Shown in pieces: positions 23,693 through 32,538 of a stretch of DNA of 59,822 nt (within the stretch, counting starts at the first letter, position 1; each line of letters opens with the position of its first letter). The notes beneath the pieces were generated by a model. The model saw only the letters and a program-made list of their open reading frames with translations, was not told the origin of the DNA and made no database searches. The position numbers were made by a program, and so were the translations under genes. This stretch comes from an uncultured Actinomycetes bacterium. GTDB taxonomy: Bacteria > Actinomycetota > Actinomycetes > S36-B12. The DNA lies in contig CALFHU010000041.1 of NCBI GenBank assembly GCA_937875815.1, forward strand, positions 1 to 59,822. The letters run 5' to 3'.

Positions 23693-25186
23693 ATGATTAC
23701 CACCGCTCGTGAGCTGCTGGCCCTTCCAGTCTTGCGCAGAACGCGACCTGAGGTGCTCACCGGCGACCTGGAAGTGCCGGTACGGTGGGTGCACACATCG
23801 GAGATTTTTGAGATTGGCGCTCTGCTCGAAGGCGGTGAGTTGCTCCTCACAACCGGCCTGGGCTTGGTGCGGGAGTCACCTCATCGAATGGCGGCCTATA
23901 TCGAAGGCCTCGCCGAAAGACAAGTCGCTGGAGTGGTTCTTGAGTTGGGCCGTTCATTCGCCAACGTGCCTGAGGTGATGGTGGAAACCGCCAGTGAGTG
24001 CGGGTTACTACTTGTCGCTTTCCACGAAGTGGTGCCTTGGGTGCAAGTGACAGAGGCAGCGCACCGACTGCTCGTGTCGAGGGAGGTAACCAACCTGCGC
24101 CGGATGAACGTTACTAGCCGCAATCTCCTTGCTTGCGTTGCACGTGGAAATGACCTGCCGGGCATTTTAGAGGCGATTGCTCGCGAAGTTGGTATGCCGG
24201 TTGGATTCATCGGTAAAGACGCGTCGGAAGTGTGGTCAAGTGGCACTAACGGCACGCCCAGCGGGCCATTCGCAACGCGGATAGTTCAGACTGCTCACGG
24301 GGCGGTAGGCGAGATTCGTGTGTCCACTGCGGCCTTGGCGGAGCCTGAGTTGTTGGATGCAGCCGCGAGTGCTGTCGCGGCGATCGTGAGTGTAACACCG
24401 GCGGGAGATGGTCGTAGCGCCTCGCATTTACGCACCCGACTCAATGACGTTGTTACTGCGGCGCCAGAATTTGATTCGCTGCACCGCAGGGTTCTTACTG
24501 AGTTGGCACTTGATCCGTCACGGCGTCGCCCAACACTTTCCTTCATGATCATCGCGGGGGACGGCGTGGCATCCGAACAAATTATTGAAAATATTGTGCA
24601 TCGATTTTTTGTGGTTGCAGTCGCTAACGAGACTGCGCTTGGGGTTCTGGTGCTGGCTCGCGATCCACTGCGTACCTCCGGATCCCATGAAGACGTTCTT
24701 TTTCAATTCGCAAGTGACGTGCGTCGTGAATTGCCAGGCAGCGTCGTGATTGAGGGCGAACCGCAACGGACAATAAGTGACTTAGGGCGTGAGCTCCATG
24801 ATCTGCAGGTGCTTGCTGCGGATGCCTCGATCCGAAGAAGCCATAGCACCATCATTTATCGACGCGATACGACATTACTTCGCCTATTGGCCCATCTGGA
24901 CGATGTAGGTGACATTGAGAGATTTGTGTCTCGGGAACTCGGCCCGGTATTGGAATATGATGCGCAGCATCGCCCGCCGTTGATGCCTACTCTGCTCGCC
25001 CTACTCAGCAGCGATAGCAAGGTGGCTGCGGCTGAGCGCTTGGGCGTGTCCCGCCAAACAATGCACCAGAAGAGCCAAATCTTGGAAGGGATGCTGGGGC
25101 TGGTGCCGAATGCGCCGCTCACCCGTCGGGCGGCGGTCACGCTGGCTGCCCAACTTTGGCAGTGGCGCACTACCAACACTCTTTGA
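23693..25186 (+). CDS. PucR-family transcriptional regulator
   Basis: N-terminal purine-catabolism-regulator-like domain (ELLALPVLR..., WVHTSE) and C-terminal PucR HTH (AAERLGVSRQTMHQKSQILEGMLG). Divergent from the BMP operon. Confidence 0.85.
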   Translation: MITTARELLALPVLRRTRPEVLTGDLEVPVRWVHTSEIFEIGALLEGGELLLTTGLGLVRESPHRMAAYIEGLAERQVAGVVLELGRSFANVPEVMVETASECGLLLVAFHEVVPWVQVTEAAHRLLVSREVTNLRRMNVTSRNLLACVARGNDLPGILEAIAREVGMPVGFIGKDASEVWSSGTNGTPSGPFATRIVQTAHGAVGEIRVSTAALAEPELLDAAASAVAAIVSVTPAGDGRSASHLRTRLNDVVTAAPEFDSLHRRVLTELALDPSRRRPTLSFMIIAGDGVASEQIIENIVHRFFVVAVANETALGVLVLARDPLRTSGSHEDVLFQFASDVRRELPGSVVIEGEPQRTISDLGRELHDLQVLAADASIRRSHSTIIYRRDTTLLRLLAHLDDVGDIERFVSRELGPVLEYDAQHRPPLMPTLLALLSSDSKVAAAERLGVSRQTMHQKSQILEGMLGLVPNAPLTRRAAVTLAAQLWQWRTTNTL

Positions 25187-25212
25187 GGCTGGAGAGCCGT
25201 CGCCCCTTGCTT

Positions 25213-25252
25213 TCAGCCGAGCAAGTACACACGATGAAACGGCTGAGTTTTT
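25213..25252 (+). terminator. Possible intrinsic terminator after pucR
   Basis: TCAGCCG...CGGCTGA 7-bp stem followed by GTTTTT. The loop is long (20 nt), and an alternative nested CTTGC/GCAAG hairpin exists. Confidence 0.3.
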
Positions 25253-25643
25253 CCTCGTGAAGGGACTGGGTAAGGGCCATCGAGTCATTCCGTTTCCCTC
25301 TGTGGTGTCAGGTTTTTTCCGAGTGGTCACGGACCGTCGAATCACAGCAGCGCCGGCATCCCCTGAAGAGGCACTCGACTTTATGGATCAATTGCTCACG
25401 TCGACTTTGGTGACTATAGGTGAGTCTGGACCTCGCATTTGGCAAATACTTCGAACCATGATTTCTCGTTAACAACTTCAGGGCTCAGAAGTCACCGAAG
25501 TACTTCTTGCAACGGCGACTGTGGAAGCTGAAGTTGAATGGGTGTCCTTCGATCGAGGGTTTTCGCGCTTCTCTGAGCTCACCCGGATAAATCCAGCGGA
25601 TCCCGACCTGTACATGAGTCAGTGAAGTCCCTAAAGTTCTGTC

Positions 25644-26987
25644 ATGACGAATATTGATCCTGCCGAGGGCGCCCGGGTTTTTGATCTCGACCGTTCTTAT
25701 GTCTTTCATTCCTGGAGTGCACAGAAAGCACTTAAGCCCATGTGCATCGCCGGGGCTGAGGGGAGCTACTTCTGGGACTACGACGGAAATAAGTTCCTTG
25801 ATTTCGCTTCACAACTGGTCAACGTAAATATTGGACACCAACACCCCAAGGTGATTGCCGCAATCCAAGACCAAGCCGGGAAACTTGCAACAATTGCGCC
25901 GCAGCATGCAAATGACAAGCGTGGAGAAGCAGCGCAGCGCATCGTTGAACTTGCTGGCGGCAAGGCTGCCAAAGTTTTCTTCACCAATGGTGGGGCCGAC
26001 GGCGTTGAAAACGCAATTCGTATGGCGCGCTTGCACACACACAAACATAAAATTCTTTCCGCTTATCGTTCGTATCACGGAAACACTGGCAGTGCAATCC
26101 AAGCAACAGGTGATCCACGACGCTGGCCAAATGAGTACTCGGCCCAACAGGTTCACTTCTTTGGCCCTTACCTTTATCGCAGTGAGTTCTGGTCGACTAC
26201 TCCGGAGCAGGAATCAGAGCGCGCGTTAACCCACCTTGAACACGTAATTCAGTTTGAAGGACCAGGCACTGTCGGTGCAGTGCTGCTTGAGACCGTGATT
26301 GGTACTGCAGGTGTTTTAGTTCCGCCACCGGGTTACCTCGAAGGTGTTCGTGCGCTGTGCGACAAGTACGAGATCGTCATGATTTTGGACGAAACAATGT
26401 CGGGCTTTGGTCGAACCGGAAAATGGTTCGCTTACCAAAACTGGAATGTTGAACCGGATCTGGCTGTTTTCGCCAAGGGTTCCAATTCAGGTTACGTTCC
26501 TGTTGGCGGTGTGATCATTTCAGGTGAAATCGCGGCCACATTTGATGAAAGAGTATTTCCTGGTGGACTTACCTATTCGGGACATCCGCTAGCCGCGGCT
26601 TCCATTGTCGCTTCAATTGATGCGATGAAGGAAGAAAAAATAATTGAAAACGCCGCATCAATTGGTGAAAATGTCTTGGGACCTGGTTTGCGCGAACTGG
26701 CCGAGAAGCATCCGGTGATTGGTGAGGTCCGCGGTCTTGGCGTGTTCTGGGCACTTGATCTGGTAACCAACCGCGAAACGCGCGAACCACTTGCGCCATA
26801 TGGTGGAACATCACAGGCCATGACCGATTTAGTCACCGAGTGCAAGAAGCGTGGGCTCATGCCATTTGCTAACTTCAACAGAATGCACGTGGTGCCACCC
26901 TGTGTCGTGACCGAAGCCGAAGCGCGCGATGGTCTGGAAATTCTTGACCAGGCATTTAGTGCAATTGACTCCTACTACCAAGGCTGA
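25644..26987 (+). CDS. Class III (omega) aminotransferase, PLP-dependent
   Basis: Aminotransferase class III pattern: GNKFLDF..., DETMSGFGRTGKWFA and a putative PLP-lysine context (FAKGSNSGYVPVGG). Confidence 0.9.
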   Translation: MTNIDPAEGARVFDLDRSYVFHSWSAQKALKPMCIAGAEGSYFWDYDGNKFLDFASQLVNVNIGHQHPKVIAAIQDQAGKLATIAPQHANDKRGEAAQRIVELAGGKAAKVFFTNGGADGVENAIRMARLHTHKHKILSAYRSYHGNTGSAIQATGDPRRWPNEYSAQQVHFFGPYLYRSEFWSTTPEQESERALTHLEHVIQFEGPGTVGAVLLETVIGTAGVLVPPPGYLEGVRALCDKYEIVMILDETMSGFGRTGKWFAYQNWNVEPDLAVFAKGSNSGYVPVGGVIISGEIAATFDERVFPGGLTYSGHPLAAASIVASIDAMKEEKIIENAASIGENVLGPGLRELAEKHPVIGEVRGLGVFWALDLVTNRETREPLAPYGGTSQAMTDLVTECKKRGLMPFANFNRMHVVPPCVVTEAEARDGLEILDQAFSAIDSYYQG

Positions 26988-26993
26988 CCGAAC

Positions 26994-28256
26994 TTGAAGT
27001 GTTTGGTCATTGGCGCAGGGGCCCGTGAACACGTAATTACGAGCGCACTGCTGCGTGACCCTGAAGTTGAATCTGTTGTTGTAGCTCCGGGCAATGCTGG
27101 GATCGCTGCACTGGTTCAGTGTGTGCCAATTGATGTAACGGATGCGCAAGCGATCGGAGAGTTGGCAACTGAACTTGATGTCGACCTTGTGGTTATTGGT
27201 CCGGAAGTACCACTGATGGCCGGCGCTGCTGACGCACTGATTGCTCGCGGGATTCCTTGTTTCGGACCAACGAGTGAGGCTGCCTTCATTGAGGGTAGTA
27301 AAGCATTTTGCAAGGAAGTGATGGCCGAAGCAGGTATCCCCACCGCAATGGCTCTCGTCTGCGCGGATGCTTCCGAGGCCGAGATTGCTCTGGGCACCTT
27401 CGGCCCTCCCTACGTTGTGAAAGACGACGGGCTTGCGGCAGGCAAGGGAGTTGTTGTCACATCGGACCGAAGTGAGGCACTCACGCACGCAGAGTCCTGC
27501 TTTGCGGTCGGTGGAACGGTAGTCATAGAAGAATTCTTAGACGGACCCGAAGTCTCACTCTTTGGAATCTCTGACGGGACGACCGTGATCCCATTGCAGC
27601 CGGCACAAGATTTCAAACGAGTGGGTGACAACGACGAGGGGCCCAATACGGGTGGAATGGGCGCCTACTCGCCACTCCCCTGGTTGGAAGAAAGTGTTGT
27701 CGACGAGGTTACCGAGCGCGTGTTGCAACCGATGCTGGATGCAATGAACCGGCGGGGAACACCATTTGTGGGGGTGCTCTATGCCGGGCTGGCTATGACA
27801 ACACGTGGAATCCGGGTAATTGAATTCAATGCGCGCTTTGGTGACCCCGAAGCCCAAGTGGTGCTCTCCCGATTGGTCACCCCGTTGGGAGGATTTCTCT
27901 ATGCAGCGGCAACAGGGCAGCTCGACAGTTTTGCCCGACTGCGTTGGGAACCGGGATTCGCGGTCAGTGTCGTGATCGCAGCCCAGGGCTACCCAGCCGA
28001 TCCACTCCTGGGTACCGCGATTTCCGGCCATGAAATTGTCGAATTGGAGCCAGACATTACCGTTTTTCACGGGGGAACAGCTCAAGTGGATGGGGAACTG
28101 GTTACCTCTGGTGGCCGGGTGCTCTCGGTGACCGCCCATGCTCCTACCTTGAGCCAGGCTCGCGAGCGCGCCTACGCGGGCGTGGCCCAGATCAAGATTG
28201 CTGGGTCCCACTTTCGCGGCGATATTGCTCAAAATGCTTGCACCACTGACTCGTGA
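26994..28256 (+). CDS. purD: Phosphoribosylamine-glycine ligase
   Basis: MKCLVIGAGAREH N-terminus, ATP-grasp motifs, EFNARFGDPE. Confidence 0.95.
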   Translation: MKCLVIGAGAREHVITSALLRDPEVESVVVAPGNAGIAALVQCVPIDVTDAQAIGELATELDVDLVVIGPEVPLMAGAADALIARGIPCFGPTSEAAFIEGSKAFCKEVMAEAGIPTAMALVCADASEAEIALGTFGPPYVVKDDGLAAGKGVVVTSDRSEALTHAESCFAVGGTVVIEEFLDGPEVSLFGISDGTTVIPLQPAQDFKRVGDNDEGPNTGGMGAYSPLPWLEESVVDEVTERVLQPMLDAMNRRGTPFVGVLYAGLAMTTRGIRVIEFNARFGDPEAQVVLSRLVTPLGGFLYAAATGQLDSFARLRWEPGFAVSVVIAAQGYPADPLLGTAISGHEIVELEPDITVFHGGTAQVDGELVTSGGRVLSVTAHAPTLSQARERAYAGVAQIKIAGSHFRGDIAQNACTTDS

Positions 28257-28281
28257 ATAGGGCGCGTGAAAGACTACTCGC

Positions 28282-29718
28282 GTGGGTAGCCAAATGAATT
28301 CAATTGATAACGTGCTTGCCTCACGGTATGCATCGGAACCAATGCAGGAACTCTGGGCGCCAGAGGCCAAAATTCGACTCGAGCGGCAACTATGGATTGC
28401 CGTCATGCGGGCCCAGCAGGAATTGGGAATTTCGATCCCAAAGGGAATACCTGAGAAATACGAAGCGGTAATTGACACTGTCAATCTCGAGTCAATCGCA
28501 GAGCGCGAACGGGTGACCAAGCATGATGTTAAAGCACGCATTGAAGAGTTCAACGACTTAGCCGGTGCCGAGCACATCCATCTTGGCATGACCTCGCGGG
28601 ACTTAACCGAAAATGTTGAACAATTACAGATCCGTCTAAGTCTGATTGTGATTCGTGATAAATCGATTGCGGCACTTGATCGGTTGAGTGGACTTGCGGT
28701 GGCGTATTCCGAACTTGCCATGGCGGGTCGTTCACATAATGTCGCAGCCCAAATCACAACTCTTGGTAAACGCATGGCCACTTTTGCCGAGGAGTTGCTT
28801 TTCGCGGTTGAAAGGCTCGAAGAATTGATCGACGCGTATCCACTGCGTGGAATTAAAGGTCCGGTGGGTACCGCACAAGACATGCTGACTCTGCTTGATG
28901 GAAATGTTGAAGCACTATCGAAACTTGAAAGTCGGGTTGCTACACATTTAGGCTTTAACAACCTATTCACCAGTGTCGGTCAGGTTTATCCGCGTTCACT
29001 CGATTTTGAAGTCACCGCTCTCCTGGTTCAGCTTGCATCCGGACCGTCAAACTTCGCAACAACTGTTCGCTTGATGGCTGGTCAAGAACTTGCAACCGAA
29101 GGTTTCCTTCCCGGCCAAGTGGGTTCCTCGGCCATGCCCCACAAGATGAATGCTCGTTCATGTGAACGAATTAATGGCTTCCATGTAATTCTGCGGGGCT
29201 ACATGAACATGTGTGCTGATCTATCGGGTCAACAGTGGAATGAAGGAGATGTTTCCTGTTCAGTTGTGCGCAGGGTCGCCCTCCCGGATTCATTTTTTGC
29301 TATCGATGGACTGATGGAAACATTTCTCACTGTGCTCGACGCATTCGGTGCTTTCCCCGCCATGATTGACCGGGAACTTGATCGCTTCCTTCCTTTCCTC
29401 GCAACAACTAAGATTTTGATGGCGGCTGTTCAGTCAGGTGTGGGCCGGGAAAGCGCACACGAGATAGTCAGGGAGCATGCGGTTGCGTCAGCGCTCGCGA
29501 TGCGTGAAACACCTGATGCACATAACGACCTTTTGGAAAAGCTTGCAGCGGACCCTCGTCTTGACTTCACCGTCGAGCAATTAAATTCGCTACTTGCTCA
29601 ACCAATTGAATTTACCGGTGCCGCTCAACAGCAAGTTCGTGCTCTGGCAGACCAGGTTGAAATTCTCACCGCGCGTTATCCGGATGCCGCGGGCTACCAA
29701 CCAGGCGGCATTCTGTGA
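28282..29718 (+). CDS. purB: Adenylosuccinate lyase
   Basis: Fumarate-lyase signature GSSAMPHKMN and N-terminal LASRYAS. The start may be ATG 28294. Confidence 0.95.
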   Translation: MGSQMNSIDNVLASRYASEPMQELWAPEAKIRLERQLWIAVMRAQQELGISIPKGIPEKYEAVIDTVNLESIAERERVTKHDVKARIEEFNDLAGAEHIHLGMTSRDLTENVEQLQIRLSLIVIRDKSIAALDRLSGLAVAYSELAMAGRSHNVAAQITTLGKRMATFAEELLFAVERLEELIDAYPLRGIKGPVGTAQDMLTLLDGNVEALSKLESRVATHLGFNNLFTSVGQVYPRSLDFEVTALLVQLASGPSNFATTVRLMAGQELATEGFLPGQVGSSAMPHKMNARSCERINGFHVILRGYMNMCADLSGQQWNEGDVSCSVVRRVALPDSFFAIDGLMETFLTVLDAFGAFPAMIDRELDRFLPFLATTKILMAAVQSGVGRESAHEIVREHAVASALAMRETPDAHNDLLEKLAADPRLDFTVEQLNSLLAQPIEFTGAAQQQVRALADQVEILTARYPDAAGYQPGGIL

Positions 29719-30614
29719 CCCAACAACTTGCCCACAATTACGATCTTCCGGACGGTTACGAGCACATTTACTCAGGCAAGGTACGAGATCTTTTCCGCAC
29801 CCCGCAAGAGCGGATACTGATGGTGACCAGTGACCGAATTTCCGCGTACGACTGGGTCCTCCCAACGGAAATCCCCGACAAGGGTCGAATTCTTAATTCA
29901 ATTTCGCAATGGTGGTTCGCGCAACTACAGGGGCTGGTGTTTAACCACACCACGACGTCCAAAGTGCCCAAGTCGGTCACCGGTCGCGCCGTTGTGTGTG
30001 AGCCACTCGAAATGTTTCCGGTGGAGTGTGTTGTTCGTGGCTACCTGGCCGGCAGTGGCTACTCCGATTACCTTGCAACACGAAAGATTTCTGGGAATGG
30101 TTTACCGCCAGGGTTGAAAGAAGGTGCACGTCTGCCAAAGCCACTTTTTACTCCCGCCACGAAGGCACCACTTGGTGAGCACGACGAGAACATCACCTAT
30201 GACGACGTGATTGTTGAGCTCGGACAAGAGGAAGCACAAGAACTAAAGCGTCTGTCGACCGCCGTGTACGAACATGCAGCAGAGATATCAAGTCGGAAAG
30301 GGTTAATACTCGCTGACACCAAGTGTGAGTTCGGAGTTGCTCTGGGCGGCAAGTATCAAGGCCAAATCATTTTGGGTGACGAGGTACTTACACCGGATTC
30401 ATCACGATATTGGGAGAAGGAATTGTGGAATCCGGGCGGCCCCCAACCTTCATTTGATAAACAGTTCGTTCGCGACTGGTTAACCTCACCAGAGTCCGGG
30501 TGGAACAAAAACTCAGGTGAAGCCCCACCGCCCTTACCGGACGAAATTGTTGAGAAAACCCGCGCCAAGTACGTTGAGGCATACGAACGCATCACCGGGG
30601 AGAAGTTCGAGTGA
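29715..30614 (+). CDS. purC: SAICAR synthase
   Basis: GKVRDL, SDRISAYD and LADTKCEFG motifs. GTGA overlap with purB. Confidence 0.95.
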   Translation: MTQQLAHNYDLPDGYEHIYSGKVRDLFRTPQERILMVTSDRISAYDWVLPTEIPDKGRILNSISQWWFAQLQGLVFNHTTTSKVPKSVTGRAVVCEPLEMFPVECVVRGYLAGSGYSDYLATRKISGNGLPPGLKEGARLPKPLFTPATKAPLGEHDENITYDDVIVELGQEEAQELKRLSTAVYEHAAEISSRKGLILADTKCEFGVALGGKYQGQIILGDEVLTPDSSRYWEKELWNPGGPQPSFDKQFVRDWLTSPESGWNKNSGEAPPPLPDEIVEKTRAKYVEAYERITGEKFE

Positions 30615-31576
30615 GTACCTGGCTGGTCACGGGGGGCGCAGGTTATATCGGCTCGCATGTTGTTCGTGAATTGCAATTAGCGGGTTTTCAGCCGGTAGTA
30701 TTTGATGATTTTTCGGCAGGATTGCATTCACGTGTTCCACAGGATGTGCCAGTTGTCGAAGGTGATATCGCAGATACCAAGGCGCTACGAGCGGCGTTTA
30801 CTAAATTTGAGGTCACCGGAGTCATTCATCTTGCCGCGAAGAAGGCCGCGGGCGAGTCAGTGGACCTGCCCCTGTATTACTACAAGGAAAATGTCACCGG
30901 ATTACAGAGCGTGCTTGGCGCAATGGTTGATTCAGGCATAGATAATTTTGTGTACTCCTCTTCAGCCGCGGTATACGGAACTCCACAGTCAAATCCGGTG
31001 AAAGAAAGTGAACCTTTCAATCCCGAATCCCCGTACGGTGAAACAAAAGTTATCGGTGAGTGGTTGGCCAAAGACTTGGCCACCAGCAATGCACTGAACT
31101 GGGTCTCATTGAGATATTTCAACGTTGCCGGAGCCGGCAGTGACGACTTGGGTGATAACAGCGTGAACAACTTAATCCCGATGGTTTTCCAAGCGCTCGA
31201 AATCGGTGGGAGACCTAAGATTTTTGGAGCGGACTACCCGACCCCAGACGGAACCTGTATTCGTGACTACATCCATGTAGTCGATCTGGCTGGGGCCCAT
31301 GTTGCTGCAGTTAAAAAGTGTGAAACCGGCCGAGCAAATCTGGCAATAAATGTTGGCCGTGGAAGTGGAGTGAGTGTCCAAGAGGTCATGGACTCAATCG
31401 CAGGGGTTATCGGGCGCGATATCAGCCCCGAAGTTGTGGGTCGCCGAGCCGGTGACCCAGCCGCCACCTTCGCCGATGTGGAACTGGGTGAGGCCGAATT
31501 GGCATGGTCGGCGCAGCGAGATCTAAACGACATGGTTTCTTCGGCGTGGAGCGCCTGGCAATCCGCACACCGATAG
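30611..31576 (+). CDS. galE: UDP-glucose 4-epimerase
   Basis: GGAGYIGSH Rossmann motif, SSSAAVYG and YGETK (catalytic YxxxK). GTGA overlap with purC. Confidence 0.88.
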   Translation: MSTWLVTGGAGYIGSHVVRELQLAGFQPVVFDDFSAGLHSRVPQDVPVVEGDIADTKALRAAFTKFEVTGVIHLAAKKAAGESVDLPLYYYKENVTGLQSVLGAMVDSGIDNFVYSSSAAVYGTPQSNPVKESEPFNPESPYGETKVIGEWLAKDLATSNALNWVSLRYFNVAGAGSDDLGDNSVNNLIPMVFQALEIGGRPKIFGADYPTPDGTCIRDYIHVVDLAGAHVAAVKKCETGRANLAINVGRGSGVSVQEVMDSIAGVIGRDISPEVVGRRAGDPAATFADVELGEAELAWSAQRDLNDMVSSAWSAWQSAHR

Positions 31577-31609
31577 GCTGGGACTATTCCACCGAAACCA
31601 GGAGAGCCA

Positions 31610-31855
31610 GTGGCCCGCGTCGTCGTAAACGTTGCACTTAAACCCGAAATTCTTGACCCTCAGGGCCGCGCAGTTCAAGGCGCCCTTGGTCGGTTGGGTC
31701 TTAGCGGCGTGATTAATGTTCGTCAGGGAAAGCAGTTCATTATCGACCTCGATGGTGAACTCGAGGGTGACCGGGCTGAGCTTCTGGAAAAACTGGCGGG
31801 GGAATTGCTGAGTAATCCAGTAATCGAAGACTTCGCCCTCACGGTTGAGAACTGA
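31610..31855 (+). CDS. purS: FGAM synthase subunit PurS
   Basis: 81-aa protein with the V.V.LKP.ILDPQG pattern, directly upstream of purQ. Confidence 0.9.
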   Translation: MARVVVNVALKPEILDPQGRAVQGALGRLGLSGVINVRQGKQFIIDLDGELEGDRAELLEKLAGELLSNPVIEDFALTVEN

Positions 31856-31857
31856 TT

Positions 31858-32538
31858 TTGTCCGCCCGTATTGGTGTCGTAACTTTCCCCGGATCACTCG
31901 ATGATGCAGATGCTGCCCGAGCAATCCGGATTTCCGGGGGAACTGCGGTAGCACTGTGGCATGGTGATGCTGACCTGCATAGTGTTGACGCGGTCGTCCT
32001 TCCGGGTGGATTTTCCTACGGTGATTACTTACGCTGTGGAGCGATTGCAAAGTTTGCCCCCGTCATGTCTTTAGTGATTGAGAAAGCCCAAGTTGGACTC
32101 CCAGTCTTGGGGATCTGCAACGGATTCCAAATTCTGTGTGAGAGCCACCTTCTGCCTGGAGCCTTGACTCGAAACGACCACCAGCATTTCATTTGCCGTG
32201 ATCAGAAGCTACGAATTGAAAGTACCGATACCGCGTGGACAAAAGACTTTGCACTTGGTCAAGAGATCGTGATTCCATTAAAAAATGGTGAGGGCGGTTA
32301 CGTTGCAAGTGAAGCGGTTCTCGACGAACTTTTTGCCGAAAACCGAGTGATTGCGACTTACCAAGGTGGAAATCCAAATGGTAGTTACCGCAATATTGCT
32401 GGAATCTCGAATAAGGCTGGCAATGTTGTGGGTCTGATGCCGCACCCCGAACATGCGGTTGAAGCGTTAACCGGTCCAACAACCGATGGAATCCCCTTCT
32501 TCACCAGCGTTCTGAAGTCTCTAGTTGGAGCGCCATGA
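31858..32538 (+). CDS. purQ: FGAM synthase glutaminase subunit PurQ
   Basis: Class I glutamine amidotransferase: GICNGFQ nucleophile elbow and MPHPE. Confidence 0.95.
   Translation: MSARIGVVTFPGSLDDADAARAIRISGGTAVALWHGDADLHSVDAVVLPGGFSYGDYLRCGAIAKFAPVMSLVIEKAQVGLPVLGICNGFQILCESHLLPGALTRNDHQHFICRDQKLRIESTDTAWTKDFALGQEIVIPLKNGEGGYVASEAVLDELFAENRVIATYQGGNPNGSYRNIAGISNKAGNVVGLMPHPEHAVEALTGPTTDGIPFFTSVLKSLVGAP

Noticed and set aside
25110-25709. ORFs 25110..25472 (+) and 25485..25709 (-) in the pucR-aminotransferase spacer.
   Set aside because: The first starts inside pucR in another frame. The second overlaps the aminotransferase start and has no internal start with an RBS. Neither has recognisable motifs. 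The region is kept as a finding rather than as genes.
27555-28970. 471-codon minus-strand ORF, the longest unexplained ORF in the track; similar cases at 26829..27488, 5010..5648, 5263..5811 and 31523..32050.
   Set aside because: These ORFs lie entirely antisense to strongly supported genes (purD/purB, clpB, purS/purQ). Their translations are Ser/Arg/Ala-rich and low-complexity with no motifs. They are typical shadow ORFs.
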